This document shows positions 35,277 through 45,223 of a DNA stretch of 64,000 bases, in pieces; positions within the stretch are counted from its first letter, which is position 1; each line of letters begins with the position of its first letter. The notes under the pieces were generated by a model. It saw only the letters and a program-made list of their open reading frames with translations. It had not been told where the DNA came from and did no database searches. Source of the DNA: an uncultured Candidatus Poseidoniales archaeon (GTDB lineage: Archaea; Thermoplasmatota; Poseidoniia; Poseidoniales; Thalassarchaeaceae); NCBI GenBank assembly GCA_964386765.1, contig CAYLUC010000003.1, forward strand, positions 20,595 through 84,594, in the 5' to 3' direction. Made by a program: the position numbers and the translations under genes.

Positions 35277-35664
35277 CCTCCACTAACTCGACCAGGACTC
35301 CACCTGTTGAAGAAGGATGTATGAAAGCAATTCTGTGCCCCCCACCTCCCTGAACAGGCTCTTCGTTGACCATTCTTACTCCGTTATTGATCAATTCAGA
35401 TATTGCTACATCTATATCTTCGACAGAAATTGCGATTTGTTGAACACCAACTCCTCTGGAGGATATGAAGCGACCCACTGGGCTTTCTTGACTCAACGGC
35501 TCTAGAAGCTCTATCCTTGTATCGTTATCGCAATTTAGATATCTAATTTTCACGCCCTGATCTTCTACGACATCATCCCTTGAAACATTGAATCCTAGAA
35601 TCTTCCAGAATCCTGTTGCTTCCTCTATCGACTTTGTTGCTATTCCAATGTGGTCAATCCTAGT
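35269..35664 (-). CDS. mce: Methylmalonyl-CoA epimerase (VOC/glyoxalase family)
   Basis: 'MTRIDHIGIATKSIEEATGFWKILGF' and 'GGGHRIAFIHP' are typical of MCE. Confidence 0.8.
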   Translation of the reverse strand, partial: TRIDHIGIATKSIEEATGFWKILGFNVSRDDVVEDQGVKIRYLNCDNDTRIELLEPLSQESPVGRFISSRGVGVQQIAISVEDIDVAISELINNGVRMVNEEPVQGGGGHRIAFIHPSSTGGVLVELVEDD

Positions 35665-35668
35665 CATT

Positions 35669-37228
35669 TCAAACACCACTCGGTGAGGTCCACGTTCCAA
35701 ATACTTCTCTCATAATGCCATTCACCTCGCCAACTGTGGCTTCCGATTTTAGTGCGTGAATAAGTGGCTCCATCACGTTTTCACTACCATTGCATGCATT
35801 CCTGAGTCCATCCAATGCTTTTTGCACTTCATCTGAATCGCGATCCGACCTGAGTTTCCTCAGAGATTCGATTTGGCTCGTAACCTCATCTGGATTCAAT
35901 AACTGCCCCTCGAATTCGCCATCCTTGTCAGACTCGTTTGTATTTACACCCGTTACAGAAATGGTGCCGTCTTCGACCCCCTTCAGGTATTTCCATGCAC
36001 TCTCATGAATTACGGTTTGCTGATACCCAGATTTGATGCATTCTAAAGAGCCGCCCATCCTATCAATTTCATCAATCAATGACTTTGCCGAGTCGTAGAT
36101 TTCGGATGTCATTTCCTCTACTATGTATGAACCGCCCAGTGGATCGGGGTGCTCGATAACGCCTGTTTCATTAGCAATTAGTTGCTGTGTCCTTAGTGCG
36201 ATAGTGACTGCCTCATCTGTAGGGAGTCCTATTGCTTCGTCGAAACTGTTGGTATGCAGGGATTGAGTTCCACCAAGTACAGCAGATAATGCCTGATAGG
36301 AGACTCTCACAATATTGTTCATTGGTTGTTGGGCTGTAAGTGTCGCCCCTGCTGTTTGAGTATGGAATCTCAATTGCTTCGATTTGATATTTTTTGGTGC
36401 AAATTCATCCTCAACTAGGTCATGCCACAATTTCCTTGCTGCTCTGAATTTGGATACCTCCTCAAGGAAATTGTTATGGCAAGCGAAGAAGAATGACATC
36501 CTTGGTGCAAAGTCATCAATATTCATTCCGTTGGATACTGCATTTCTGGCATATTCCAGAGCATTTGAAAGTGTGATTGCAATCTCCTCAATCGCAGTGC
36601 ATCCAGCCTCCCTCATATGGTATCCACTAACTGAAATTGTGTTCCAACCAGGTGTGTTTTGAGTGCACCAATCCATTAGATCGGTAGTAAGCCTCAGAGA
36701 TTGATTTGGGGGGAAAATGTATAGCCCTCTAGCAATGTATTCTTTCAGGATGTCATTCTGAACCGTGCCTCTGAGTGAATCCCTTTCGATGCCCATTTCA
36801 TCTGCAACAGCTACGTATAGAGCTAGCAATGTCGTAGCCGGTGCGTTAATTGTCATGGACGTCGAGACCTTTGAAAGATCAATTCCTTCGAATAATGCCC
36901 TCATATCCCTGATGGAATCAATGGTCACGCCGACCTTGCCAACTTCTCCTTCGGACAATGGATCATCGGAATCTAATCCGAGTTGTGTTGGTAGGTCGAA
37001 TGCTACTGAAAGCCCCGTCTGACCATTATTTAGGAGCATCACGAATCTTTCGTTTGTGAGCTTGGCAGTCGAGAAGCCTGCGTACTGCCTCATTGTCCAG
37101 AGTCTGTTGGAGTACATACTAGCGTGAATGCCGCGCGTATACGGGGCTTCGCCGGGTGGGTTTCTGCCATTTCCTCGGGCCATTTCGATTCCGCGAGTGG
37201 GTCGAGTGAAATGAATGATGTGTTTCAC
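35669..37228 (-). CDS. mcmA: Methylmalonyl-CoA mutase, large (catalytic) subunit without the B12 domain
   Basis: 'PPGEAPYTRGIHASMYSNRLWTMRQYAGFSTAKLTNERF...GQTGLSVAFDLPTQLG' is the MCM N-terminal signature. At 519 aa it lacks the C-terminal cobalamin-binding domain, which is the split form in archaea. Confidence 0.85.
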   Translation of the reverse strand: MKHIIHFTRPTRGIEMARGNGRNPPGEAPYTRGIHASMYSNRLWTMRQYAGFSTAKLTNERFVMLLNNGQTGLSVAFDLPTQLGLDSDDPLSEGEVGKVGVTIDSIRDMRALFEGIDLSKVSTSMTINAPATTLLALYVAVADEMGIERDSLRGTVQNDILKEYIARGLYIFPPNQSLRLTTDLMDWCTQNTPGWNTISVSGYHMREAGCTAIEEIAITLSNALEYARNAVSNGMNIDDFAPRMSFFFACHNNFLEEVSKFRAARKLWHDLVEDEFAPKNIKSKQLRFHTQTAGATLTAQQPMNNIVRVSYQALSAVLGGTQSLHTNSFDEAIGLPTDEAVTIALRTQQLIANETGVIEHPDPLGGSYIVEEMTSEIYDSAKSLIDEIDRMGGSLECIKSGYQQTVIHESAWKYLKGVEDGTISVTGVNTNESDKDGEFEGQLLNPDEVTSQIESLRKLRSDRDSDEVQKALDGLRNACNGSENVMEPLIHALKSEATVGEVNGIMREVFGTWTSPSGV

Positions 37229-38004
37229 TATCTTCTTACGGTGTAGTTGTCTACTACCCTTTCCATAGCTTCGAGTTGACTATCGTCTAAGATTCCCTCG
37301 CCGTGTTTTTCTGATAGAAATTCCTTAGCATCGCTTACAGTTTGTCTTTCACCCTTGGCCCACACCGATCCAAGAATACTGGATCTGTGCTCCTCTGCCA
37401 CATTTATGTCCACTAGGAGTCGCCTAACCTCATACTTGTACTCCATATGCCTGCTACGATCAAGCCTCTTCTTCCTCTCAGCTGGTTGGTAAGAAGGCTT
37501 TATTCTACGCCTCCTCTTTACAGGGGTAGGAGCTTGTTTTTCTGCCTCTTTAGCAGGGGGGGTTTTATGTTGTAGCTCGGAGGCTCTAGCCTTACTCTTG
37601 TCAATAATGTCTTGAGCTCTTTTACTTGTTTGCAACTCTGGGTCTTCTGTTGATACTTCCTCTACCTCAGACGGCCTCAGCCCTATTCCCTTTCTTGGCT
37701 CTCTAATGAGTTGCTCGCCTATGATTCCCTCATTATGGGAATCCTGGTCAACATCCGTTTCTGATACTGCCGCTTCCGGACTATCTGTAACTTGGCTTTC
37801 AGACTTAGGAGTTTGTATTTGCACCGGTTTCGGAACTTCGGGTGGTGGCGATGTTGGAATTATTGGGTTGGCTTTCCGCGAATCTGGGGCAGGCTTTTTT
37901 TGTGGGGTCCCGGATTTGCTGAAGACGTCGCGAGGCTTGCTTCGCGGCTTCCTACGTCTCTGCACTACAATAACTCCAGTTGTGTGGCCTGCGGGGTCTC
38001 TCAT
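37228..38004 (-). CDS. Hypothetical highly basic, Pro/Lys-rich, largely disordered protein with an 80-aa C-terminal folded domain
   Basis: About 180 aa are rich in K/R/P/E/S (KPRSKPR, RRRRIKPS). The C-terminus reads 'HMEYKYEVRRLLVDINVAEEHRSSILGSVWAKGE...'. No Cys are present. Confidence 0.45.
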   Translation of the reverse strand: MRDPAGHTTGVIVVQRRRKPRSKPRDVFSKSGTPQKKPAPDSRKANPIIPTSPPPEVPKPVQIQTPKSESQVTDSPEAAVSETDVDQDSHNEGIIGEQLIREPRKGIGLRPSEVEEVSTEDPELQTSKRAQDIIDKSKARASELQHKTPPAKEAEKQAPTPVKRRRRIKPSYQPAERKKRLDRSRHMEYKYEVRRLLVDINVAEEHRSSILGSVWAKGERQTVSDAKEFLSEKHGEGILDDSQLEAMERVVDNYTVRR

Positions 38005-38019
38005 AAGACTTCGGTGAAC

Positions 38020-39024
38020 TCATGTCCATGTAATTGGAGTGGAGTCGGTCCTGAGTATCGGATTAATGGCACTATCCTCGAGTCTGGTTACCCTCCCCAT
38101 CTCAAACTCCCGCCTTCCCAATTCTGCGATCATGGTACCATTATCAACACAGTACTGCTTATCTGGCCAATGTGCTGTAGCACCCCTCTCAGAGCACATT
38201 ATCTCGGCCATTTCACGTAACCTTCCATTACATGCAACTCCCCCTCCAAGTAGTAATTCATCCTTGCCAGTATGAGCTAGCGCTCTTTCAGCGACTTCGA
38301 TACAACTAGCGAAGGAATGCTCTTGTAGGCTCCATGATGCAGCGTTCAAACCCTCCTTTTCAGATAGAGAAAGTGCAGCGGTGAGTATTCCAGAGAATGC
38401 AAGATCCATTCCATGAACAGCATATGGCAACTCTAGTCTGTGAGCATCAATATCTCCATTGGAATCCCATTGATTGGCCAGATTCTCAATCTTCGGCCCG
38501 CCAGGAAAAGGTATGTCATGAGATCGTGCGAATTTATCTAGCATGTTTCCGATTCCAATGTCCAATGTCTCACCTAATACCCTGTAACGTGAACCGGCTC
38601 TAGCAATAACCTGGGTGTTGCCGCCGCTTGCATAGAGCAGGACGGGGTCCATGCACCCGGTTTGGTTCCTACCGACTTCAATGTGTGCAACGCAATGATT
38701 TACGCCGACAAGTGGGACATTCCATGATTTAGACAGGGTTCTTGCCATTGAAGCTCCCACTCTAAGGCACGGCCCCAGACCAGGCCCTTGGCTATACGAG
38801 ACGGCCTTTACATCGGATATTGAAAAATCGTCCCTAGAAAGAATTCTAGATATTAGCTCAGGGGCAATTATTGAATGATGATCTGCAGCCTCGCGTGGAT
38901 GGATCCCTCCCTTTTCGGGAGTGAATATTGATGATTCGGACGGAAGCAAATCGCCATTTTCCCTGACCATCCCAATAGAGAGGGTGTGGGCGGTACTCTC
39001 GATGCCCAGAATAATGCCTGCCAT
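38020..39024 (-). CDS. kae1: tRNA N6-threonylcarbamoyladenosine synthase Kae1 (TsaD/Gcp family), not fused to Bud32
   Basis: 'MAGIILGIESTAHTLSIGMV' and the downstream His/metal motifs match the ASKHA fold of Kae1. Confidence 0.9.
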   Translation of the reverse strand: MAGIILGIESTAHTLSIGMVRENGDLLPSESSIFTPEKGGIHPREAADHHSIIAPELISRILSRDDFSISDVKAVSYSQGPGLGPCLRVGASMARTLSKSWNVPLVGVNHCVAHIEVGRNQTGCMDPVLLYASGGNTQVIARAGSRYRVLGETLDIGIGNMLDKFARSHDIPFPGGPKIENLANQWDSNGDIDAHRLELPYAVHGMDLAFSGILTAALSLSEKEGLNAASWSLQEHSFASCIEVAERALAHTGKDELLLGGGVACNGRLREMAEIMCSERGATAHWPDKQYCVDNGTMIAELGRREFEMGRVTRLEDSAINPILRTDSTPITWT

Positions 39025-39072
39025 GACCCTGCATGGAGGGAGGGCTTTCAAGTGTCGCGACTATCGGAGCAT

Positions 39073-40350
39073 ATGCGCACGCTAATTCTCAATGCCGGTG
39101 AGATTGCCCATATGTCTTCGGGTGATGTGAATTTACCCCTTGTAGGCTCACAAATGGGCGATATAGTGGCTAATATCCACCCTCCGGGAATGGGAATAGT
39201 GATAGAGTCTGGAATCATAACTGGAATTTCAGAATCTGAAGAGCTTGCAACTGAATTCTCACCATCTTGGAAGTCAGGAAATGGGGTCTTTGACGGCATC
39301 AGTATATTTGATGCTGACTTCAGAGCGATAGTTCCCGGGTTTGTTGATTCTCACACGCACCTATTATGGGGTGGTGATAGGAGCAATGAAATCAAACTAA
39401 GACAAAGTGGAATGTCTTATGCACAGATATCTGATGCCGGAGGGGGAATTAACAAAACAGTCAAGGAAACTAGGAGGTGTACTATTCAGGATCTGGTTTC
39501 AATGGGTAAACAGAGGTTATCAGAGGCAGAAAATCTTGGGACTACTACGATTGAGGTAAAGAGTGGATACGGGCTAAGCGCCGAGTCCGAACTGAGACTG
39601 CTGGAAGCCTGTGGAATAATTTCTGAACACTCACGCATGGATGTTCATACAACCTGGCTCGGGGCTCATGATTTCCCAAAAGAGAAGAGTAATTCTGAAT
39701 ATATGGATGAGCTTATTTCTGAACAACTGCCCTTAGTCGCGGAACAGGGGCTTGCCAACTGGGTGGATGTATTCTGCGAACCGGGCTGGTATAACTTGGA
39801 GCAGACGGAGGCTATAGTTGTAGCCGCTAAAGGGCTGGGGCTCTCCCCGAGGCTCCATGTTGACGAGTTTGTGGATTCAGGAGGTCTTGCCTTGGCATCA
39901 GAATTGGGATCGGTTAGTGCGGACCATGTAGCTCACTCTAATGACTCTTCGAGAGAGGAGGCTAGCAAAACCGGCACGATGCAGACATTCTTGCCAGGAA
40001 CTCCATACGTCATCGGATCTAACGAATACCCTCCGATAAAGAAATGCATGGAGAATGACTGGGCCTTTTCATTGGCGACGGACTTCAATCCTAATTGTAA
40101 TTCACTTTCAATTCCATTTGTCGGCTCTCTGGCTGCACATAGGTGTGGTATAGACCCGATCAGCTCATTGGCCGCGGTTACTAGGAACCCTGCAACAACA
40201 TTAGGATATGCGGACAAGCCCAGAGTTGGCTCAATATCGGTTGGAATGGATGCAAATCTGAATATCCTCAAATCTTCTGCTGTTGAGATGTGGTGTCAGA
40301 CCCCTGGGATGAACCCGATCTCATCCACATTCGTCAAGGGTCTATTGTAA
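39073..40350 (+). CDS. hutI: Imidazolonepropionase
   Basis: The amidohydrolase motif 'VPGFVDSHTHLLWGGDRSNE' and the HutI family length are present. The start is taken at the internal Met (MRTLILNAGE) to avoid overlap with the divergent kae1. Confidence 0.85.
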   Translation: MRTLILNAGEIAHMSSGDVNLPLVGSQMGDIVANIHPPGMGIVIESGIITGISESEELATEFSPSWKSGNGVFDGISIFDADFRAIVPGFVDSHTHLLWGGDRSNEIKLRQSGMSYAQISDAGGGINKTVKETRRCTIQDLVSMGKQRLSEAENLGTTTIEVKSGYGLSAESELRLLEACGIISEHSRMDVHTTWLGAHDFPKEKSNSEYMDELISEQLPLVAEQGLANWVDVFCEPGWYNLEQTEAIVVAAKGLGLSPRLHVDEFVDSGGLALASELGSVSADHVAHSNDSSREEASKTGTMQTFLPGTPYVIGSNEYPPIKKCMENDWAFSLATDFNPNCNSLSIPFVGSLAAHRCGIDPISSLAAVTRNPATTLGYADKPRVGSISVGMDANLNILKSSAVEMWCQTPGMNPISSTFVKGLL

Positions 40351-40560
40351 TATCATATTAATAATATATAACAAGTCTATAATTAAATATTATTCTATTA
40401 CTATAATTAGAATTTTTCATATAACTAATGGGGGTCGAGTCAATTTTTCACCATGTTGATCGGAATATTGCAAAGCACGGTAGTCTGATAACAGTAGTTA
40501 TCGGAAATAGAATATTGAATATTTACCAATACAGCCGATTAGTGTAGCGATTTTTCAATA
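40351..40560. other. AT-rich (about 75% AT) intergenic island with palindromes (GATAAC-agta-GTTATC at 40487-40502; AATATT repeats)
   Basis: Base composition is sharply different from the about 50% GC surroundings. It lies upstream of the small Zn-ribbon ORF and tRNA-Val. Confidence 0.6.
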
Positions 40561-40605
40561 TTGACTGCATTTGCATATTTTTACTGTGATATGAGTATTG
40601 AAATG

Positions 40606-40779
40606 CCTGCGTCGTTTGATAGTGGCGTGACGAGAGTGGACGGGTTCTGCCTCAAGTGCAAGACATATGGTGAAATCGTAGATCTACAGCTAGTGAAAAT
40701 GGCAAATGGCAGAACCAGGGCAAAGGGATTCTGTTCGAGTCAGGGTTGCGATGGCAAGATTTCGAAAATTGTGTCATAG
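40606..40779 (+). CDS. Small zinc-ribbon protein (CxxC...Cx4C), hypothetical
   Basis: 'GFCLKCKTYGEIVDLQLVKMANGRTRAKGFCSSQGCDGK'. The ORF could start earlier, at 40561. Confidence 0.35.
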   Translation, partial: PASFDSGVTRVDGFCLKCKTYGEIVDLQLVKMANGRTRAKGFCSSQGCDGKISKIVS

Positions 40780-40832
40780 AAATTTTCACTGGGAGAATGA
40801 TTCATTTGTATGGAGCATTTCGGCTCATTACT

Positions 40833-40908
40833 GGGCTCGTGGTCTAGGGGTTATGACGTCGCCTTGACATGGCGAAGATCGCAGGTTCAATTCCTGCCGA
40901 GCCCACCA
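40833..40908 (+). tRNA. tRNA-Val (anticodon GAC), CCA encoded
   Basis: A manual cloverleaf fits. The acceptor stem pairs GGGCTCG with CGAGCCC. The D arm is GTCT/TGAC. The anticodon stem TCGCC/GGCGA carries the loop TTGACAT. The T arm is GCAGG/CCTGC with loop TTCAATT. It ends with discriminator A plus CCA. Confidence 0.9.
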
Positions 40909-40936
40909 GTAACTTACAAACTACTACGAACGTATT

Positions 40937-41650
40937 TCATTCATAGGTTATCCTAAGCTTCCCAGCACCCTTTGATCTAGAATTGGTAATCGTGATATCA
41001 CTGATGTCAGATGTATTCGAAACATGAGTTCCCCCGCATGGACAAAGGTCAATATTGTCAATCTCTACAACTCTGAGGTACTCTATGGAGCTAGGGATCC
41101 TGTCCATGAATTTTGTATGTCTCATTTGGTCGTGAGATAGTATTGTTCGCCTGTCCCATTCATGGATGCTCACCCCAGCATTCGACCTAATGGCCGAGTT
41201 TACGGCCCCTGTAATTTCATCCGCGTCGAATTGATCCCTGTCAGGGAACCATAGATCTATCCTCGTATATCCATCGCTGATTTGGTTGCCAACTGTCTCA
41301 GCGCCGTATATTTCATTTGCAATAGCGGAAAATATGTGCTGCGCTGTGTGCATTCTGGTATTCCTATTCCTCCTTTCTGAGTCGATAATACATGTCACCT
41401 CGTCGCCGATAGAAAATACTGATGGTTCTTCCATAGGGTGTAGAATATACTCCCCAGGGGCCGTTTCACCAAATTCCCTTGAAAGTCCTGTGGAGGATAT
41501 CGTGCCTGTATCCCCCGGTTGCCCCCCTCCACGTGGGTAGCAGTATGTCCTTTCAAGATGAATCCCATCGTCACGGACATCTTTGATTATGGTGTGGAAG
41601 GGAGGTGGGTCGAGTCCCGGATGTTGGGTCATATGCAGCTTTTCCTGCAT
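40937..41650 (-). CDS. alaX: Alanyl-tRNA editing protein AlaX (AlaX-M type)
   Basis: 'HTAQHIFSAIA' carries the HxxxH motif. 'CPCGGTHVSNTSDI' carries the CxxxH zinc motif of the AlaRS editing domain. Confidence 0.7.
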   Translation of the reverse strand: MQEKLHMTQHPGLDPPPFHTIIKDVRDDGIHLERTYCYPRGGGQPGDTGTISSTGLSREFGETAPGEYILHPMEEPSVFSIGDEVTCIIDSERRNRNTRMHTAQHIFSAIANEIYGAETVGNQISDGYTRIDLWFPDRDQFDADEITGAVNSAIRSNAGVSIHEWDRRTILSHDQMRHTKFMDRIPSSIEYLRVVEIDNIDLCPCGGTHVSNTSDISDITITNSRSKGAGKLRITYE

Positions 41651-43174
41651 CTAATCACCAAGAATCTCCACTATCCTGCCAGACAGTAGGGCTTCAGATA
41701 ATGAAATGCTATCATTTGACATTGACCTGTCGGCAGTTAAGGGAGAGACGATCTGCCTGACCCATGAGTGGACCTTCATCACCCCGTCTCCTGCATCCTC
41801 ATCTATCCTGTCCAATGCTTCTGTTGCGCAAATCAGTTCATTTGCAATTACCTGGGATAAGTACCTCGAGCTCTTCAGGGATCTAAATGCCCCAGTGGCA
41901 CCCATTGAAACATGGTCTTCTTTGCCCATACTTACTGGTACATTGCTAGTAGTGGTTGGTGAAGCTAACAGATGCAATTCTGATAGGATTGCAGCAGATG
42001 TGTATTGCACAATCATGAGGCCGCTTTCCAGACCTTCGTCATTGGCCAAGAATGCCTTCTGATTGCTCCATTTCGGATCAAGTAGTTGATTCGTCCTTCT
42101 TTCTGAAATACTTGCAATCTCATGACAAGCTACAGCGAGCCCATCACTTGCTAGTGCGATGTACTGGCCATGAAAATTACCACCAGATATGATTTGTCCT
42201 TCACCATCAGCAAATACTAGTGGGTTGTCTGTCGCACTATTGATTTCAATAGTCAGGATCCTTCTCGATTCGCGCAGCATATCAATTACTGGTCCGTGTA
42301 CCTGAGGCACGCATCTCAGGGAATACGAATCCTGCACCCTATCGCAATCCGCATGGGCCAATTTAATCTGGGAGTTGTTTAGCATCTCTCTAATTCTAGC
42401 TGCAGAGATGCTTTGCCCCCAATGAGGCCTAGAATCGTGAATTCTGCTATCGAATGGGGAGTGGGAGCCCATTATTCCTTCAATAGAGCATGCAGCCGAG
42501 AGGTCAGATGCGAACATTAGAACATCCATATTACTGATGCATTCACACATAAATGCACACATCTGACTCGTCCCATTGATTAGTGAAAGCCCCTCCTTAG
42601 CTTGGAGTACTACAGGTTTGATTCCGAAGTTTTTGAAGGCAGAGGATGTGGTCGTGACCACAAATTCTCCATCAACAACAATCTCACATTCACCCTCTCC
42701 GATGAGCCCCAAGGCTAGGTGTGATAGTGGGGCTAAGTCACCAGATGCACCTAATGACCCGATTCTAGGAATTAGTGGGCAAATTCCATTGTTTATCATT
42801 TGAATCAGCGTGTCGACGACTAATGGCCTAGCGCCTGATTGACCGCGACATAGGGTGTTTGCCCTGATCAACATCATCATCTTAACATGCTCATATTCCA
42901 TCGGTTCACCCACTCCACATGCATGACTTCTGATTAGATTAGTCTGCAATTTGCTTAGTTGCCCCGAGTCAATAGTAACAGACGAAAGGGCACCAAATCC
43001 TGTGTTAATCCCATAAACAACCTCTTCACTATCTATGATGGAGTCCACGATTGCTCTGGATTCCTCCATCCTGGACCTTGCACTGGGGGATAATGTGACC
43101 GTGGTGAGGTTTCTACCTGTGTCAACAACATCCTCTATCGTTAGACTGAATCCGTCAATAGACAACTCACGCAT
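41651..43174 (-). CDS. hutH: Histidine ammonia-lyase
   Basis: 'GSLGASGDLAPLSHLALGLIGEG' contains the Ala-Ser-Gly MIO-forming triad. Confidence 0.9.
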   Translation of the reverse strand: MRELSIDGFSLTIEDVVDTGRNLTTVTLSPSARSRMEESRAIVDSIIDSEEVVYGINTGFGALSSVTIDSGQLSKLQTNLIRSHACGVGEPMEYEHVKMMMLIRANTLCRGQSGARPLVVDTLIQMINNGICPLIPRIGSLGASGDLAPLSHLALGLIGEGECEIVVDGEFVVTTTSSAFKNFGIKPVVLQAKEGLSLINGTSQMCAFMCECISNMDVLMFASDLSAACSIEGIMGSHSPFDSRIHDSRPHWGQSISAARIREMLNNSQIKLAHADCDRVQDSYSLRCVPQVHGPVIDMLRESRRILTIEINSATDNPLVFADGEGQIISGGNFHGQYIALASDGLAVACHEIASISERRTNQLLDPKWSNQKAFLANDEGLESGLMIVQYTSAAILSELHLLASPTTTSNVPVSMGKEDHVSMGATGAFRSLKSSRYLSQVIANELICATEALDRIDEDAGDGVMKVHSWVRQIVSPLTADRSMSNDSISLSEALLSGRIVEILGD

Positions 43175-43204
43175 GCCCCTCGCTGGGGGATGTTGCAAAT
43201 AGAC

Positions 43205-45223
43205 TCATCGAGAATCGAATATATCGTGGATTACTGAGTCATCTACCTCACTGGGCATTGTGACATCCAGATTTGTGTCGTTTTGCATTGCTCTTGAAAT
43301 AGCCCAATTGGCCGCCCTATTCCTCGCCCACGACCTTCGTGTAATGCCGTTGTTCACATCCCATGAAATCATCGATCCGATTTTGGCGCTGCAGTCTTCT
43401 GAACCATCGATAATCATGCCAAATCCACCGTTTGTAACTTCGCCCCAACCGACGCCTCCACCGTTGTGTATACTTACCCATGTTGCGCCCCTGAAGGAAT
43501 CACCAGCGAAATTCTGTATTGCCATGTCTGCTGTGAACATGGAACCGTCATAAATATCGGAAGTTTCCCTATACGGACTATCTGTGCCGCTAACATCATG
43601 ATGGTCCCTACCAATCACTATGGGAGCTGAAACAACTCCTTCTGAAACTGCCTTATTGAACGCCTTGGCAATGGATACTCTGCCTATTTCATCGGAATAT
43701 AGAATCCTCGCTTTGGTCCCAACGACTAGATTGTGAGTCCCTGCCTCGCGAATCCACTTGAGGTTGTCCTGATACTGTTGCCTTATCTCATCGGGTGAGT
43801 CTTTTACTAGGTCTTCCAGTACTTGAATTGCTATCTCATCCGTCCTTTCCAAGTCGGAATTTTCTCCGGAAGTACAAACCCATCTGAAGGGTCCGAATCC
43901 ATAATCGAAGCACATGGGCCCCATTATGTCCTCAACATATGAGGGATATGCAAAGGAGCCGTCCTCTTGGTATACATTGGCCCCAGATCTTCCTGCCTCG
44001 AGTAGGAATGCATTCCCATAGTCCCAGAACTTCATCCCCCTTCCACATAACAGATTTATTGCATCGGCATGCCTTCTGAGTGTTGAGCGCACAAGCTCCT
44101 TGAACTTAGATGGGTCTTCCCTTAGCACCTCCTTGGCTTCCTCATAAGAAATTCCAACAGGAGTGTATCCACCAAGCCAGGGGTTGTGTAGGCTTGTTTG
44201 ATCGCTACCAATATCTGGAGTTATCTCGTTTTCTACTAATGCCTCTAACAAATCAACGATATTTCCATTGTATCCAATTGACACTGATTCCTTGTCTCTA
44301 ACTGCCTCACTGGCTCTCGAAATTACCGTTTCTATATCAGAATATAGCTCAGACAGCCAGCCCTGTTCATGCCTCTTATTTGCTGCATACGAGTCTACTT
44401 CGGCTATAATACAAACAGCACCTGCAATGACTGATGCCTTTGCCTGTGCTCCAGACATCCCTCCAAGCCCGGATGTGACGTATAGTACACCTCCGAGCCC
44501 CTCAGAGGGAGGGATTGCGAGGTACTTTCTTGCAGCATTCAATATGGTAATAGTAGTTCCATGCACAATTCCCTGGGGTCCAATGTACATGTACGAACCC
44601 GCCGTCATCTGTCCGTATTGAGTAACTCCAAGAGCACTCATTCTTTCATAATCATCCTGGGATGAATAGTTTGGTATTACCATTCCATTCGAAATGACAA
44701 CTCTTGGAGCCGCAGAGGATGAGGGAAATAGTCCGAGTGGGTGCCCAGAATTCATCACAAGTGTCTGTTCGTCACTCATTTCTGATAGGTATTTCATTGC
44801 AATCTGATACTGCGCCCAATTCTGGAATACTGTCCCATTTCCGCCGTAAGTAACTAGCTCATGGGGAAATTGAGCAACATCAGGATCTAGGTTGTTCTGA
44901 ATCATCATCATTATTGAAGCAGCACTTCTGGATTTGGCTGCGTATTCGTGTATTGGCCTCCCGTACATGGGGTAGCTCGGCCTGAATCTGTGCATGTAGA
45001 TATGACCAAGACTGTCTAACTCATCTAGGAACTCCGTACCAAGCTCTACGTGCCATTCGCTAGGGAAATACCTCAATGCATTTCGAACAGCCAACATCTT
45101 TTCATCTTCAGTAAGTACTTGGGGCCTGGGAGGTGCATGTGGAATAGTTGTATCCAATGGCCTCGATTCTGGCAACACAGTTGGTATGCCAAAACTAATT
45201 GATTCACTGCTAGGCATTACCAA
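43205..45223 (-). CDS. hutU: Urocanate hydratase (urocanase)
   Basis: The NAD-binding 'GGMSGAQAKA' motif is present and similarity to urocanase extends across the length. The protein is long, at 672 aa. Confidence 0.9.
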   Translation of the reverse strand: MVMPSSESISFGIPTVLPESRPLDTTIPHAPPRPQVLTEDEKMLAVRNALRYFPSEWHVELGTEFLDELDSLGHIYMHRFRPSYPMYGRPIHEYAAKSRSAASIMMMIQNNLDPDVAQFPHELVTYGGNGTVFQNWAQYQIAMKYLSEMSDEQTLVMNSGHPLGLFPSSSAAPRVVISNGMVIPNYSSQDDYERMSALGVTQYGQMTAGSYMYIGPQGIVHGTTITILNAARKYLAIPPSEGLGGVLYVTSGLGGMSGAQAKASVIAGAVCIIAEVDSYAANKRHEQGWLSELYSDIETVISRASEAVRDKESVSIGYNGNIVDLLEALVENEITPDIGSDQTSLHNPWLGGYTPVGISYEEAKEVLREDPSKFKELVRSTLRRHADAINLLCGRGMKFWDYGNAFLLEAGRSGANVYQEDGSFAYPSYVEDIMGPMCFDYGFGPFRWVCTSGENSDLERTDEIAIQVLEDLVKDSPDEIRQQYQDNLKWIREAGTHNLVVGTKARILYSDEIGRVSIAKAFNKAVSEGVVSAPIVIGRDHHDVSGTDSPYRETSDIYDGSMFTADMAIQNFAGDSFRGATWVSIHNGGGVGWGEVTNGGFGMIIDGSEDCSAKIGSMISWDVNNGITRRSWARNRAANWAISRAMQNDTNLDVTMPSEVDDSVIHDIFDSR

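Noticed and set aside
38986-39072. hutI start at 38986, overlapping the divergent kae1 start by 66 nt
   Set aside because: An internal Met at 39073 (MRTLILNAGE) gives a normal-length HutI and removes the head-to-head overlap. The upstream extension has no HutI similarity.
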